From Octopus bimaculoides (Eukaryota): a stretch of DNA of 63,228 nucleotides. The DNA lies in contig NC_068986.1 in the NCBI RefSeq assembly GCF_001194135.2, positions 93,023,318 through 93,086,545 of the forward strand, in the 5' to 3' direction. This document shows positions 1-11,963 of this stretch, one piece after another. The translations under genes and the position numbers were made by a program. A model generated the notes under the pieces. The model ran no database searches. It was given only the letters and a program-made list of their open reading frames with translations, and was not told the DNA's origin. How positions within the stretch are numbered: the stretch's first letter is position 1; every line of letters begins with the position of its first letter.

Positions 1-311
1 TATATATATATGTATATATATATATGTATATATATATATGTATATATATATATGTATATATATATATGTATATATATATATGTATATATATATATGTATA
101 TATATATATGTATATATATATGTATATGTATATATATATATGTATGTATTAATAAAGCTGCAAAGAAATCACAAAAACTGTTACTCAGAGTTTCACGATC
201 CTGTTCGTCGGACAGTTTTGGTTGAACATATTACTCTACCTCTGGTATTTGAGTACTATTTTTTTCCACCTTATGTGCTTACTCTGGTATATATACATAT
301 ATATATGTGTA

Positions 312-348
<37 letters not shown>

Positions 349-817
349 GCACATGCACACACACAGATAGATGTGTATATATGTATACATACATGTATAG
401 GTTTGGTGATGGAAACACGAAAATAGAACTGAAAACATGAGTGTATATATATATATGTCTTTTTATTAGTAATTGACGGAAGTTACAGCGTGATTGAAAA
501 GATGAAAGTTTTGTGTATTGGCACTTGTCAAAGTGGTTTCAAACCATGGGGGTCATATGTCATATATACTATCCATTCAGTGATAATAACATCTTGCGTT
601 GTTCTGGAACAAATTATAAAAACCATTACATTTGTTCCAGTATGATTGCATAGTTTTATAATTTTTTGATTATTTGTTCCAGAGCAATCCAGTATATAAG
701 TATGTGACCTCTTGACTTGAAACCAGTTTGATAAATGCAAACTGTCGGCTCTTAAGTCACTGTAAATTAGGCCGATTGTTATTAAAGACTGTATACATGT
801 AAATGGGTTTGTGTTTG

Positions 818-849
<32 letters not shown>

Positions 850-854
850 GATAT

Positions 855-921
<67 letters not shown>

Positions 922-1074
922 TAGATATAAATTGTGTGTGTATGTATATATATATATATATATATATATACAGATATAAATATGTGTATATGTAGGTAGA
1001 TATAAATGTGTGTGTATATATATATATATGCATGTATATATGTGTATGTATATATATATATATATGCATGTATA

Positions 1075-1155
<81 letters not shown>

Positions 1156-1368
1156 NNNNNNNNNNNNNNNNNNNNNNNNNNNNNNNNNNNNNNNNNNNNN
1201 NNNNNNNNNNNNNNNNNNNNNNNNNNNNNNNNNNNNNNNNNNNNNNNNNNNNNNNNNNNNNNNNNNNNNNNNNNNNNNNNNNNNNNNNNNNNNNNNNNNN
1301 NNNNNNNNNNNNNNNNNNNNNNNNNNNNNNNNNNNNNNNNNNNNTATATATATATATATATATATGCA

Positions 1369-1401
<33 letters not shown>

Positions 1402-1404
1402 GCA

Positions 1405-1437
<33 letters not shown>

Positions 1438-1620
1438 GCATGTATATGTGTGTGTGTATATATATGCATATATATATGCATGTATATGTGTGTGTGTGTA
1501 TATATATGTATATGTGTGTATGTGTGTGTATGCATATATATGTGTGTGTATATGTGTGTATGTATGTGTGTATATATGTGCATATGTAGATGTATATATA
1601 TTTGTGTGTGTGTGTGTGTT
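1..1620. repeat. (TA)n/(TG)n compound microsatellite blocks (1-150, 280-400, 815-1620); similar tracts recur throughout the window
   Basis: Directly visible. These tracts are the source of the Y/I/H/T/C/V-only ORFs. Confidence 0.95.
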
Positions 1621-1635
1621 CAACAAACACTGAAG

Positions 1636-1726
1636 CTCAAGTCCTTGGCCACAAGGTATCCATCAGCCTACCAGCGGCACACCATCGCCAGACTGGCTAT
1701 TCAAATGGCCACACGAGGAGATTGGG
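1636..1726 (+). CDS. Weak candidate coding exon (unknown product)
   Basis: Non-repetitive island ending at a strong donor TGGG|gtgagt. One frame is open (LKSLATRYPSAYQRHTIARLAIQMATRGDW). The acceptor is poor and I recognise no homology. Confidence 0.2.
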
Positions 1727-1996
1727 GTGAGTCTGGTGGCTACTACAAAATGACACAAATGACCTGTTCCCTCTACAGCAGTTCAATTCTACCATGCGGC
1801 ACTGCTGCACATAGAGCAGTAGGTAGGAAGCATTGCCAGCCTGTTGCTGCAGCTATCACCAATGCTGCTGCTGCTACTACTACGACTACTGCTGCTGCTG
1901 CTGCTATATATTGATCTATTAGCCATTGCCAACAATACAATATAGTACAAGAAGGTGGGTGGAATGAAGGAAGCAGAGGTGGGGGAGGGTGTTATA

Positions 1997-2027
<31 letters not shown>

Positions 2028-2106
2028 GGCAGTTGCAGCAGTCTAACTGTAACTGCAGCCGTCTAATCAGCTGTGTTAGTTTGATAAAGTAGTAACCTGT
2101 TATACT

Positions 2107-2139
<33 letters not shown>

Positions 2140-2671
2140 TAAGTCGGTACACTAGTGGCTTGTGTGTGTGTCTGTTTAACTTGTTGGTTGGTAGGCTGGT
2201 TCGCTGCCTGGTTGGCTGGTTGCATTTGGGTATTTCCATTTTAGATGTGTGTGTGTGTATTCCTATATATATTCCTCTGTGTATGTGGAGACGGGTGTCT
2301 GCTTCTCCCTTTCTCTTTCTCTCTGCGTGTTTGACTGTCTCTGTCTGTCCCTTCTGTGTGTATGTATCTCTTTCTCTATCGCTGTGTATGACATATATGT
2401 ATATGCGTGTGTGTGTCTCCTGGCACACCTCTTTCTGTTCCAATGTATATTTGTGCTTTGTGACTACATGCATTTCTTCTGTATTGTTTGTGTGAGTGTT
2501 TGAGTCTCTTTCTTCTCCTCTCTCCTGCATTTTAGCATATGTATATATGTGTGTATATGCGTGAATATTTTCCTCCTCTTCTCCCTTGCTCTCTTTCTCT
2601 CTGTCTGTCTGTCTCTCATTTTCTTATGATGGGGGATGGAAGTAGTTGAAGATAGATGGTTTCTTTCTCAG

Positions 2672-2748
2672 GTGTGAATGCATCTCTTATGGTCCTCTTG
2701 AAAACCCATCACTGGCTGGATGCTACTGCTCCACAGATCAGTGAAGTG
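2672..2748 (+). CDS. Weak candidate coding exon (unknown product)
   Basis: Acceptor ttctttctcag|G. Joined to 1636-1726 it stays open (..GDWGVNASLMVLLKTHHWLDATAPQISEV). The donor is gtacag at 2749, or gttggt at 2774. Confidence 0.2.
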
Positions 2749-3289
2749 GTACAGACGCACCAATTTATTTTAGGTTGGTTTGAATGTTTATTTTCAGCTC
2801 TTGAGTTCAAGTGTTGATGAGGCATCAACTCCACTTTTAAAATTTTCCAGATTCAATTGGATTATATGGCCATTTTTCAGTTTGTCATCATCATGATTGT
2901 CCTTGTTATCATCATTTCCATTCGTCATTGCGATCATCATCATTCTCGTCATCGTTATTTTTATGTACTTATCCTTCTCATCATTGCAATCATTATCATT
3001 CTGTCCATCATTCTTCTTCTCCTTACCATCTTCATTTCAACATCTATTTTTCCATGATGTCATGTGTGGGTTGGATGGGTCTGCAGTATTATATTATTAT
3101 TATTATTATTATTTGTCTTGTTCTTGTATCAACATCATGAGATCTAGTCTTGTCTGTTTTTTCTGCTCATCTTCATTGGTCTTTCTCTTTCATGTTTATC
3201 TTCTTTTATCAGCATCAACATTTTCCCATCCAGCCTCCAATATCGATTCCCATCCCATGTCCGTAAGCAGCACATTTGTCTCTCTTGTG

Positions 3290-3760
3290 TACATCAGGTG
3301 ATGCTTTTAATACCCTGCAGCATATTCAACTCACACATTGAAAATGCTGTTGGCTTGCCTGGAGGTTGATGTTGCATTCCAACAAAGATAAAGCTTGAAT
3401 TAAAAAGACCAAGTTTACTCTTCAGAGCCAGAAAATATTTCAGTACTGGACGACTATTATCTGTCTACAAAACTCAGATGAGACCCAATAGTTGGTGTTA
3501 CACCCACATCGAGGACAGTGCTGCTTTTATCTACACAGATGTTCTAGACCACATAAAATAAGAAGAAAAGAAGAAAAGCTATTGACTGATTGGGAAGAAG
3601 TTACCATCACACCCCAACTCCTGGCCCACAGATACACTGTTTTCTCTTGCTGCTTTTTCTACTACCACTCACTATAGTAGGTTTTACCCCATCAGAGCTA
3701 ATTGATTTCATGTTACCTTCATCCAGACATTCATCTCTCCTCTTTCTATCACCCATATTA
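3290..3760 (+). mobile_element. Degenerate LINE (CR1/Jockey-like) ORF2 C-terminal remnant
   Basis: ~3415-3520 translates as LLFRARKYFSTGRLLSVYKTQMRPNSWCYTHI, resembling the YK..RP.LEY..xW motif downstream of the RT domain. The region carries many disruptions. Confidence 0.6.
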
Positions 3761-4301
3761 TTCTATCTCTACAGGTTCTTCACTAGCAACTTTACTCTGT
3801 CCTTCTTTTCCGCAACGCTTGCTTTCTGGAATCCTGTCTTTGCACATGTTATTCCTGTAGCTCTCAACTTTCTGCTGTTCAAGAGGAATATTAACAGCAT
3901 TGATCTTATTGGTCTTGGAGGACTTATGAAAATAAATGTAAACTTTTTCATCCAGCATCATCATTATTTAATGCCCATGTTCCATGCTGGCATGGATTCG
4001 ATCTCATGGGCCCAAAATCTCCAGTGTCTTCTTTGGCATGGTTTCTGTGGCTGAATGCCCTTTTTATTGCCAACCAGAGTGAACTGGGTGCTTTTTACGT
4101 GTCACCAGCACTAGCTAAGGCTGTCTTGTAGTTTGAACCAGGGAATAAGGGTCAGCTTTATGCTAGTAGATGAGGGGAAAAGAAGAAAATCCGTTCCTGC
4201 TCCAGCCTTTACTGAGCTGCCACATTCACTATGACAAAACATAACACTTCTTATAGTTTGTTTCATACTGCATCTCTTACACAAAGATAGACAGAGAAGG
4301 A

Positions 4302-4375
<74 letters not shown>

Positions 4376-4574
4376 GAGAGAAATCGTTTTTCATTATTGT
4401 TTAACCCAGATCATCCTTGATTCTGTTGCCTTATAATTAAATGGCCATCCTGTCTTTCTATTCAAATAGTTTGTCTTGGACTACATTATGCAATGTATTT
4501 TCATTTCAAGGCAGTGGAATATGATTTGACTGCTATTCTAGCAGATCAAGTGACCATGAAGGCTTCTTTCATTT

Positions 4575-4660
4575 ACTCAAGAAAGCTCTTTGTTGCCAAC
4601 AGAGTTATCAGCTCTTTGAACTTTTCTACTTCTTCTTATCGTAACAACTACACCAATCAG
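4575..4660 (+). mobile_element. Possible CR1/L2 ORF2 extreme C-terminal fragment
   Basis: Translates RKLFVANRVISSLN, similar to the R..FFS.RV...WN.LP terminal motif. The match is short. Confidence 0.35.
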
Positions 4661-4905
4661 GTTTCTTGATAAGGTTACCCAAGTGACACTAACTATAATA
4701 CATCACAGTTGGTCTGCCTGAGCTGTTTATGCACTTGCTTTGATGTGCATTCTTATTGCTAATTACTTTGCATCTATTACATTTCAAGTCCTTCTTCCGT
4801 AACAATCTGCCAGTGTTTCCACTGTATCTAAGGGTAGTGCAGTACAGGAAGTAGTAGAACATCACATTAAACGCATGTCTGAATTTAGTCGTCTCACTCA
4901 GTTCT

Positions 4906-5487
4906 CAAAAGAAAACAAATATATGAATTAATGTAGACTTACTTTGTATTCAATACTTCAGGATTATGACCCCATTTTCAAGAAATTAATGAATGTTGCC
5001 GATGTGTGTGTGTGTGTGAGCGTGTGTGGAGTGGACATGTGCGGAAAGGTGTTGCTATAGCAACCAGCTAGCTTCCTGTAACTCTCTTCCATTGTTGATC
5101 TTAGGTTTCTTTTGGTGGATGAGGATGGCCTCAGAGATTCTAAGGTTGTCCCTGTTCCACTGTGTTGCCTCAATGTGCACTGTGAATTCCTGGGTCTGAC
5201 ATTTCCGTAGATGTTTTTTCACAGTGCACATCAAGGCAACACGGTGGAACAGGGGCAACTTTAGAATCTCTGAGGCCATCCTCATCCACCAAAAGAAACC
5301 CAAGATCAACAATCGGAAGAGAGTTACAGGAAGCTAGTTGGTTGCTATAGCAACACCTTTCCCCACATATCCATTCCACACACACCCACATCGGCAACAT
5401 TCATTAATTTCTTGAAAATGGGGTCATAACCCTGAAATATTGAATACATAGTAAGTCTACATTAATTCATATATTTGTTTCCTTGTG
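4906..5487. mobile_element. Penelope-like element-derived palindrome: ~280-bp inverted arms around a ~31-nt loop
   Basis: Arms 4906-5186 and 5218-5487 are near-perfect reverse complements, e.g. caaaagaaaacaaatatatgaattaatgtagacttac vs gtaagtctacattaattcatatatttgtttccttg. Each arm translates outward as ..NL/FRISEAILIHQKKPKINN.., resembling the C-terminal (EA.xI...P.IN) motif of PLE GIY-YIG endonucleases. The family call is from motif recognition only. Confidence 0.75.
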
Positions 5488-6469
5488 ATTTTCCTGCCAT
5501 TTATTTCGCATTGTTTTGGCCTTACCCGCGATCCTTCATACAAAATATATATATGATGATGATGACAGGCTTCTTTCAGTTTCTGTTTACCAGATTCATT
5601 TAGAAGGCTTTGATTAGCTTGAAGTTATAGTAGAAGACACATGCTTAAGGTGTCATGCAGTGAGACTGAACCTAGAACCATGGGGTTGGGAAGCAAGCTT
5701 CTTAGCACACAACCATGCCTGCACCTATAATAGGATTTTTTTAAAGTTAAATGGCTAGGAGGATCTACCTGAGTAAAATTGCAATCAAAGGGTCCATAGA
5801 TGAAAAGAAAAAAATGGTTGAGGAACACTGTTTGAAGTGTTTCATATATTTGTTGAGTAGAGTATGTGAGTATGTGAATTGTAAAATTTTGTTGGATTGT
5901 GATTGTGTTTCCTGTGTGCTGTGTGAGTTGTGTTTTAATATCAGGTAGTGGTTGCATAGAACATGTGTAGCATAGATTATGTTATTATATTGGATCACAA
6001 CTGAGTAGTGTGTGGCTTGTCGATGTTATTATAGCATCATGTATCGATTATGTAAGAATATGTCCTTGTGTTATTTTATTGGGTGTTGATTGTATAAAGT
6101 ATACACTAATGGGTTGTGTTATGATATTGGGTGGTGACAGTATTGGGAATATGTTACATGAGCTGTACAGAGACTACTGGTTACGTTGCATTATTGCGAT
6201 GAAAAATTTGGGTAGTGCACTGGTTGGATCGTTGGAGCATCAGGAAAATTTTTCGCGGAATTTGTTCTGACATTTTAGGTTCTGAGTGCAAATCCTGGTG
6301 ATGTCAAATTTGCTTTTTACTCTTCTGGGTTCAATAAAATAAAATACCAGTCAAATACTGAGGTTCAGTGGTATTGTTCAACTCCACCCCCCACTATCCA
6401 CTGAAAAGTAGATCAAGTACTGAGAATTAGAATTTTGTTAAAAGTTTGTTGTAATAGCAATTTTGCGTT

Positions 6470-6701
6470 TTAACCCTTTTGATACCAAATCTGGCTGAGA
6501 CCACCTCTGGCACTGTAGTACAAATGTCTTGTTTTTCCTAAGTTTTGAATGAAAATCTTCCACCAAACATTAGTCACAATTTATGTTCCTAACACTAACG
6601 CAATGATAACTAAGTTATTTTACAAAATTATTTGTGATATTTAAAATTAATTGAAAGAAACACAGAGCATCTCAAAATAAATACAGCAACAAAAGGGTTA
6701 A
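6470..6701. mobile_element. piggyBac-like MITE with TTAA target duplication
   Basis: TTAA-CCCTTTT...AAAAGGG-TTAA (6470-6480 and 6691-6701), ~224 bp inside, no ORF. Confidence 0.75.
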
Positions 6702-6879
6702 AAAGAATCAGGTATTTCCTGATTGACAGTATTTTCCTTAGGATGTGGGCATTACCCAAGGGACCAATATTTTTGTAGTTCTGATATTTTGGGGTTTCCT
6801 GGTATTTAGAATAGTGTTTAAGAGTGTCATTTTGTATTCTCCCCAAAGCACAGGATGATCACAAATCATTCTTTGTGAC

Positions 6880-7319
6880 TTGTATTTCAGGGTGACCTGG
6901 CTGAATCCTTAGCATACTGGACACAATGCTTAGTGGCATTTCTTCTGGCATTATGTTCTAACTTCAAATTGTGCTGAGAATTTACCATTCATCATTTTGG
7001 GGTTGATGAAATAAGTAGCAGCTGAATGCTAGGTTAAATGTAATTGACTTACCCACTTCCCTAAGATTGCTGGCCTAGTGCCAAAAATTTGAAACCATAA
7101 TGGCAAGCTGGCAGAATCTTTAGCATGCTGGGCAAAATGCTTAGCAGTATTTTGCCCATCTTTACATTCTGAGTGCAAATTCTGTGAAGGTTGACTTTGC
7201 TTTTCATCCATTTGAGGTCAATAAAGTACCAGTTACGCACTGGTGTCGATGTGATCAACTAGTCCCCTCTCCCAAAATGTCAGGCCTCGTGCCTTTAATA
7301 GAAAGGATTATTATCATTA

Positions 7320-7355
<36 letters not shown>

Positions 7356-7574
7356 GGTATTATTAGTCATGTACTGAGTACCACTTCACTCAAATTGGTG
7401 TAGCCATGTGGACTTATAATATAAAATGACCATTATTACTATAGAAAGGCTTATAATTGTTACAGTTGTTTTTGTTGCTTTTCTCTTACTAAACTCTGAC
7501 ATTCAAAATTATTCAAACCAATAAATGCATGCATTCTTCCACATGTGTGTGTCTGTTTCTTTACACATATTTGT

Positions 7575-7607
<33 letters not shown>

Positions 7608-8433
7608 CACGCACACAGCTCTCTCAGTTTCAATGTTTCTCTTTCCGTCCTAATGAATCAAATTGTTAATTTTCCTATGATTTGTATTTCCCTTTCACTA
7701 CATCTGCATTAGGATAATTTCGTGAATGACTCAGGGACTGCATTGCTTCATTGAATTAATTGCAGAAATGAAAATATGAATATTACTATTATGATTGTTA
7801 TGATGAAGGTTGTGGATTGCCGGAAATAGTTGAACAAGATACTAAATGTTTTGCAAGTTTTTCTTGTGCCTTTCAGTGTTATTGAGTTCAAATCCCACTG
7901 GGTCAGTTTGGCCTTTTATCGTTTCCTAGGTCAATGAAATAAGTACCAATCAAATACCGGGGTTGATGTAATTGGCCTTGCCCCATCCTTTAAAATGTGG
8001 TGAAGTTAGAAAAACGAATTCTTCATCTTTTCCTCCTCCTGTATTGTTATTAAGGATGAGTGATTAAGCCCACTTGCTGAGGTCAACTTTATCTCCTGTT
8101 CTTTTGAGGTTAATAAAAAGAGTGATAGCCAAATACTAGGGTTGATGGCATCAACTAGACCCTTCCACTGCAAAACTACTGGTCTTGTACCTCAACCAGA
8201 AACAATTATTATTGTTATTATTATTATAATTATTATTATTATTATTATTATTGTGGCAAGTTGGTAGAATCGTTAGCACGCTGGACGAAATGCTTAGCGG
8301 TATTTCATCCATCGCTATGTTCTGAGTTTGACGTTGATAAAATAAGTACCAGTCGAACATTGGGGTTGATGTAATTGGCTCATCCCCTCCTCCAAAATTA
8401 CTGCCTTTGTGGCAAAATTTGAAACCATTATTA

Positions 8434-8468
<35 letters not shown>

Positions 8469-9870
8469 ATGCTGGGCAAAATGCTTAGTAGTACTTTGTC
8501 CACCTTTACGTTCTGAGTTCAAATTCTGTTGAGGTCCATTTTACCTTTCATCCTTCTGGGGTTGATAAAATAAGTACCAGTTGAATACTGGAGTCAATGT
8601 AATCAACTTACCCCCTTCCTGGAATTGCTGGCTTTGTGCTAAAATTTGAAATTATCATCACTATTTCTTTGTTCTGAGTTCAAATCCTACCAAGGTTGGC
8701 TTTGCTTTTCATCCTTTTAGGGTTGATAAAATAAATACCAGTTGAGCAATGGGATTGATGTAATCGACTTAACCCACATCCCTGAACTTGTTAGCCTTCT
8801 GCTAAGATTTGAAATCATTATTATCTCTGCCTTCACGAAGGTGGAGGTTTTGTTTTCAGCCATGTCTGTTTGTTTTCAGCCATGTATGTTTGTTTTGTTT
8901 GTCCATGGACAAACAAACATCTCAAGATATATCAAGTACCACTGAATGTATTCCGGTGAAACTTTCAAGGATGTTTGACCTCGTGACTGGCACAAAGTCA
9001 TTAGATTTTGGGATCAATCTGGTACCGGACAAAGAATCTGGATTATTTTTCTGGTTCTTTTAACTTAATTTTTGAGAACAGTCGGATTCATTTTTAGTAT
9101 AACTGTTTGTGAGATCAGTCAAGTTTATTCCAGATATTCTCATTTTAAAAATCATCTCTGGCTAATTGTTGAGAGGATGTTGGTGTTACCTTGGTGGAGG
9201 TTTGTGCTTTCTGAGTGCTCTTGTTTTTATTGAGGCAGTGAGCTGGCAGAATTGTTAACGTAGTGGGCAAAATGCTTAGAATTTAGATGGGGGTTAATTT
9301 AACTTTCATCCTTTTGTAGTAGATAAAATAGTACCACTTGAGCACTGGGGGGTCAATGTAATCAATTTGCTCCCTCCCCATAAAATTGCTGGCCTTGTGC
9401 CAAATTTAGAAAAATCATTATCTTCATCATTGTCATTATTTTTAATAGACAGCGAGCTCGCAGAATCATTACTGTGTCAGGCAAAATGCTTGGTGATATT
9501 TTACTTGCTTTTACATTCTGAGTTCAAATCCTGCTGAGGTTCATTTTGGTATTTTTTCGACCCCAAAGGGGTGAAGGGCACTGGGATCAGTGTATCCGAC
9601 TATTCCCCTCCCACAAAATTTCAGACCCTTTGTGCCTTTAGTAGAAAGAATTATTATTAAGGGCATTGGAATGGCAGAATTAGTAAAGGGACAAGTAGTA
9701 TTTAATTGTATCCTTTTAAATTCTGATTTCATCACACTAGGTTCAGCTTTCACTTTCATTTTTCCTGGAGTGTGATAAAACAAGTATTAGTGAAATTCTT
9801 GCTCCAATAATTGACTGAACCCCTTCCCTCAAACTTGTGACCTCATATCTATACTAGAGGTAATCATTAT
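6880..9870 (+). mobile_element. Dense cluster of SINE family B copies (about ten partial or full copies, several head-to-tail via (ATT)n tails)
   Basis: Recurrent ggcagaatcgttagca..aaatgcttag..ttctgagttcaaat..gactttgcctttcatcc..gataaaataagtaccag..ctggggttgatg..ttgtgccaaaatttgaaacc(att)n. Confidence 0.85.
8822..9228 (+). mobile_element. Non-autonomous Helentron-associated element (HINE/DINE-1-like)
   Basis: 5' atctctgccttcacgaaggtggaggttttgttttc carries a short hairpin. An internal tgttttcagccatgt duplication and (tgtt) repeats follow. The 3' end is ttggtggaggtt followed by gtgctttctgagtgc (hairpin) and a T-run. This subterminal-IR plus 3' stem-loop layout is typical of HINEs. Confidence 0.55.
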
Positions 9871-10164
9871 GAATTGTTTGTCAAGATTAAGGAGAGCAGC
9901 ACACTTGACTCTTGTGCCCTCTCTTATTTTGATGGGACTGATGATGCTGATGCCCAGCTAAAAATTTTGTTATTAAAGAATTAGATAGGGGTTAACAGAT
10001 TTTGGGAGGAAGAATAGAGTGAATGTGTAAATGTGGGATCCATTAGGGTGGGGAGTCATAGAGGGGCTGATAAAACGGGAAGAAATAAACATGCAAAAGC
10101 AGTGAAGAGGCCCTTGTTTATGGGGCGTCACATATTGGCAATAATCTGTGATAAACTGTGTATC

Positions 10165-10355
10165 TTGCAATATCCCATAATATTCAATATTTACTAAAAT
10201 ATTTCATAATATTTTATATTTACTGTAATATCTCTTAATATAGTGTATTTATTGCAATATACCATAATATACTGCTTTTTCTTGCAATATCCCATAATAT
10301 ACTGCTTTCTCTGCCATATTCCATGATATATTGTATTTCTTGCAATACCATAATG
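10165..10355. repeat. Degenerate ~30-bp minisatellite
   Basis: About six copies of (tt)cttgcaatatcccataatata(ctgc). Confidence 0.8.
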
Positions 10356-11379
10356 TAGTTGTTTATTTCAGAATAGCTGATGGTATGCAGCATTTAATAT
10401 CCGTTAAGCTCATAATTTAACACCTCTCGGTTGCAGTGTTTCATAGCTTGGTAGTAAAAGCAAAAACAAAGAAAAAAAACTGCTTTTACCCCCAATAATA
10501 CGTAACTGTAGTTAAAAGGGGGCCTGTTGTTAGAAGAGTTAACTAATATTATTACCAAGCACATGATAAAAGGGAATCCAACAACCCAATTTTCAGCAAT
10601 AAAGTAATGATTTTTTGTAAGAAGTACAGGTATGTCTCTTTCCTCTTTGCCCATTCTTAGACACATTCCTCAGGCAAGAAGGTATTGCCTCTTGTACCTT
10701 TCTGCCTTCATTTTTTATTGTTTTTCCTTGAGCTGACTGATGTTCAGTGATTCTTTCTGGTTAGTCATGCTATCAAAATTCATCATCATCTTCATGTTTT
10801 AATGTCCAATTCCTATGCTAGTATGAGTTGGACAGTTTGACAGGATCCAACTTGTCTTGAGGACTGCATTGTGCTCCAGTGTTTGCTTTGACATGTTTTT
10901 TTGTATGACTGGACGGTCTTCCTAACACCAACCACTTTACACTGGATGCTCTTATGTGGCTCCAGCAGTAGTGAGGTTACTATGCAGTTTTCAATAGTAT
11001 GGTCTCCAATGAGTGAGCAGGACAAGAGTAGAGAGGGAAGTGGCTTTATACTAAAAGATGAGATGTTAAAGTATGTAAGATGGGTCCAGAAAAGAACAGG
11101 TCTCTTGCTGTAAAGGCGCTACATGGTTACTTACATTATAAAAATATGGATGGGAGTAACTGCTGTGTATCTGGAAAGGGAATTGTTAAAATTTTGGCTC
11201 TTGTCAACTGTGTTCATCATGGTGTGAATTTCTGTTTTGGCAAATGTTTTTGTCTTTGCAACTCTTGTATTCTTTTTCTCTTTATCTTTTTATGAAATCT
11301 ATTAAATTTTTTGGACATTGTTGGGCATGATGACTAGTAAGTAGGCCATTGATGTATAAGAGGAAAAGTTTGGGAGACA

Positions 11380-11650
11380 AAAACTAAACCCTCAGGTACA
11401 CCAGAGTTGATATGTTGGTCAGTGAGGGCTCTGTCAACATATGTGATGAAAGTGTCATCTGACAAGAAGCTACTGATCTAAGAGATGAGAAGAAGTCCAT
11501 AGGCTGGGCAGTTTTGACTAGAGATTTGTGTGGCAAGCTCAATAGAAAGCTTTTGTTGATACTGATGGCAACAACACTGTTTACACCAATTTTTCAAGGG
11601 TGGTCTGCACTTGATCTGACTACTTGTTGAATATATTGAGTAGTTGAAAC
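11380..11650 (-). mobile_element. Degenerate LINE reverse-transcriptase fragment (CR1/Jockey-like)
   Basis: Minus strand gives pieces SINKSFLLSLPHKSLVK (cf. D.SKAFD.V.H..LL.K) and SFLSDDTFITYVD...INSGVPEG (cf. FLS.R...V...SGVPQGS). Confidence 0.6.
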
Positions 11651-11738
11651 TATTCTTGTGGTCATTAAGGAGAAAGAAAGTAATTCAAGTTGTTGGGAAA
11701 GGTTGTTACCATCTCCCTTGCTCCTTTATGCAAAGTTG

Positions 11739-11963
11739 GACTTATAGTATCTAAACTGGCCATATCAGGTCCAAATTGTCTACCTGTTTTATGTTCAAAC
11801 TTACCAGATCAGGCCTCTCACACTTACTTTACAATGTCATTCTAAAAATAAACAACCACCTCATTGAAATTTCAAAGCTACAAGATAATACATGATAAAT
11901 TCAAAACAATGTGAATAAATAAGCATTATATTTGATAGAGTAAACTGAATGCTAAAGGGTTAA
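11739..11963. mobile_element. Second piggyBac-like MITE family, one end degenerate
   Basis: Right end is atgctaaaggg-TTAA at 11949-11963. The left end cttatagtatctaaactggcc is a decayed mirror. Confidence 0.55.

Noticed and set aside
463-640. LVIDGSYSVIEKMK, resembling a VWA MIDAS DxSxS motif
   Set aside because: Only a short motif next to (TA)n, and the downstream sequence does not resemble VWA.
10-1914. Long ORFs rich in Y/I/H/T/C/V or X (also around 23629-24799, 33749-34480, 34955-35950, 56850-58029)
   Set aside because: Translations of dinucleotide microsatellites and N-gaps, with no coding signal.
1855-2045. (GCT)n and (GCA)n tracts in inverted orientation
   Set aside because: Simple trinucleotide repeats whose complementarity is expected by chance in this repeat-rich context.
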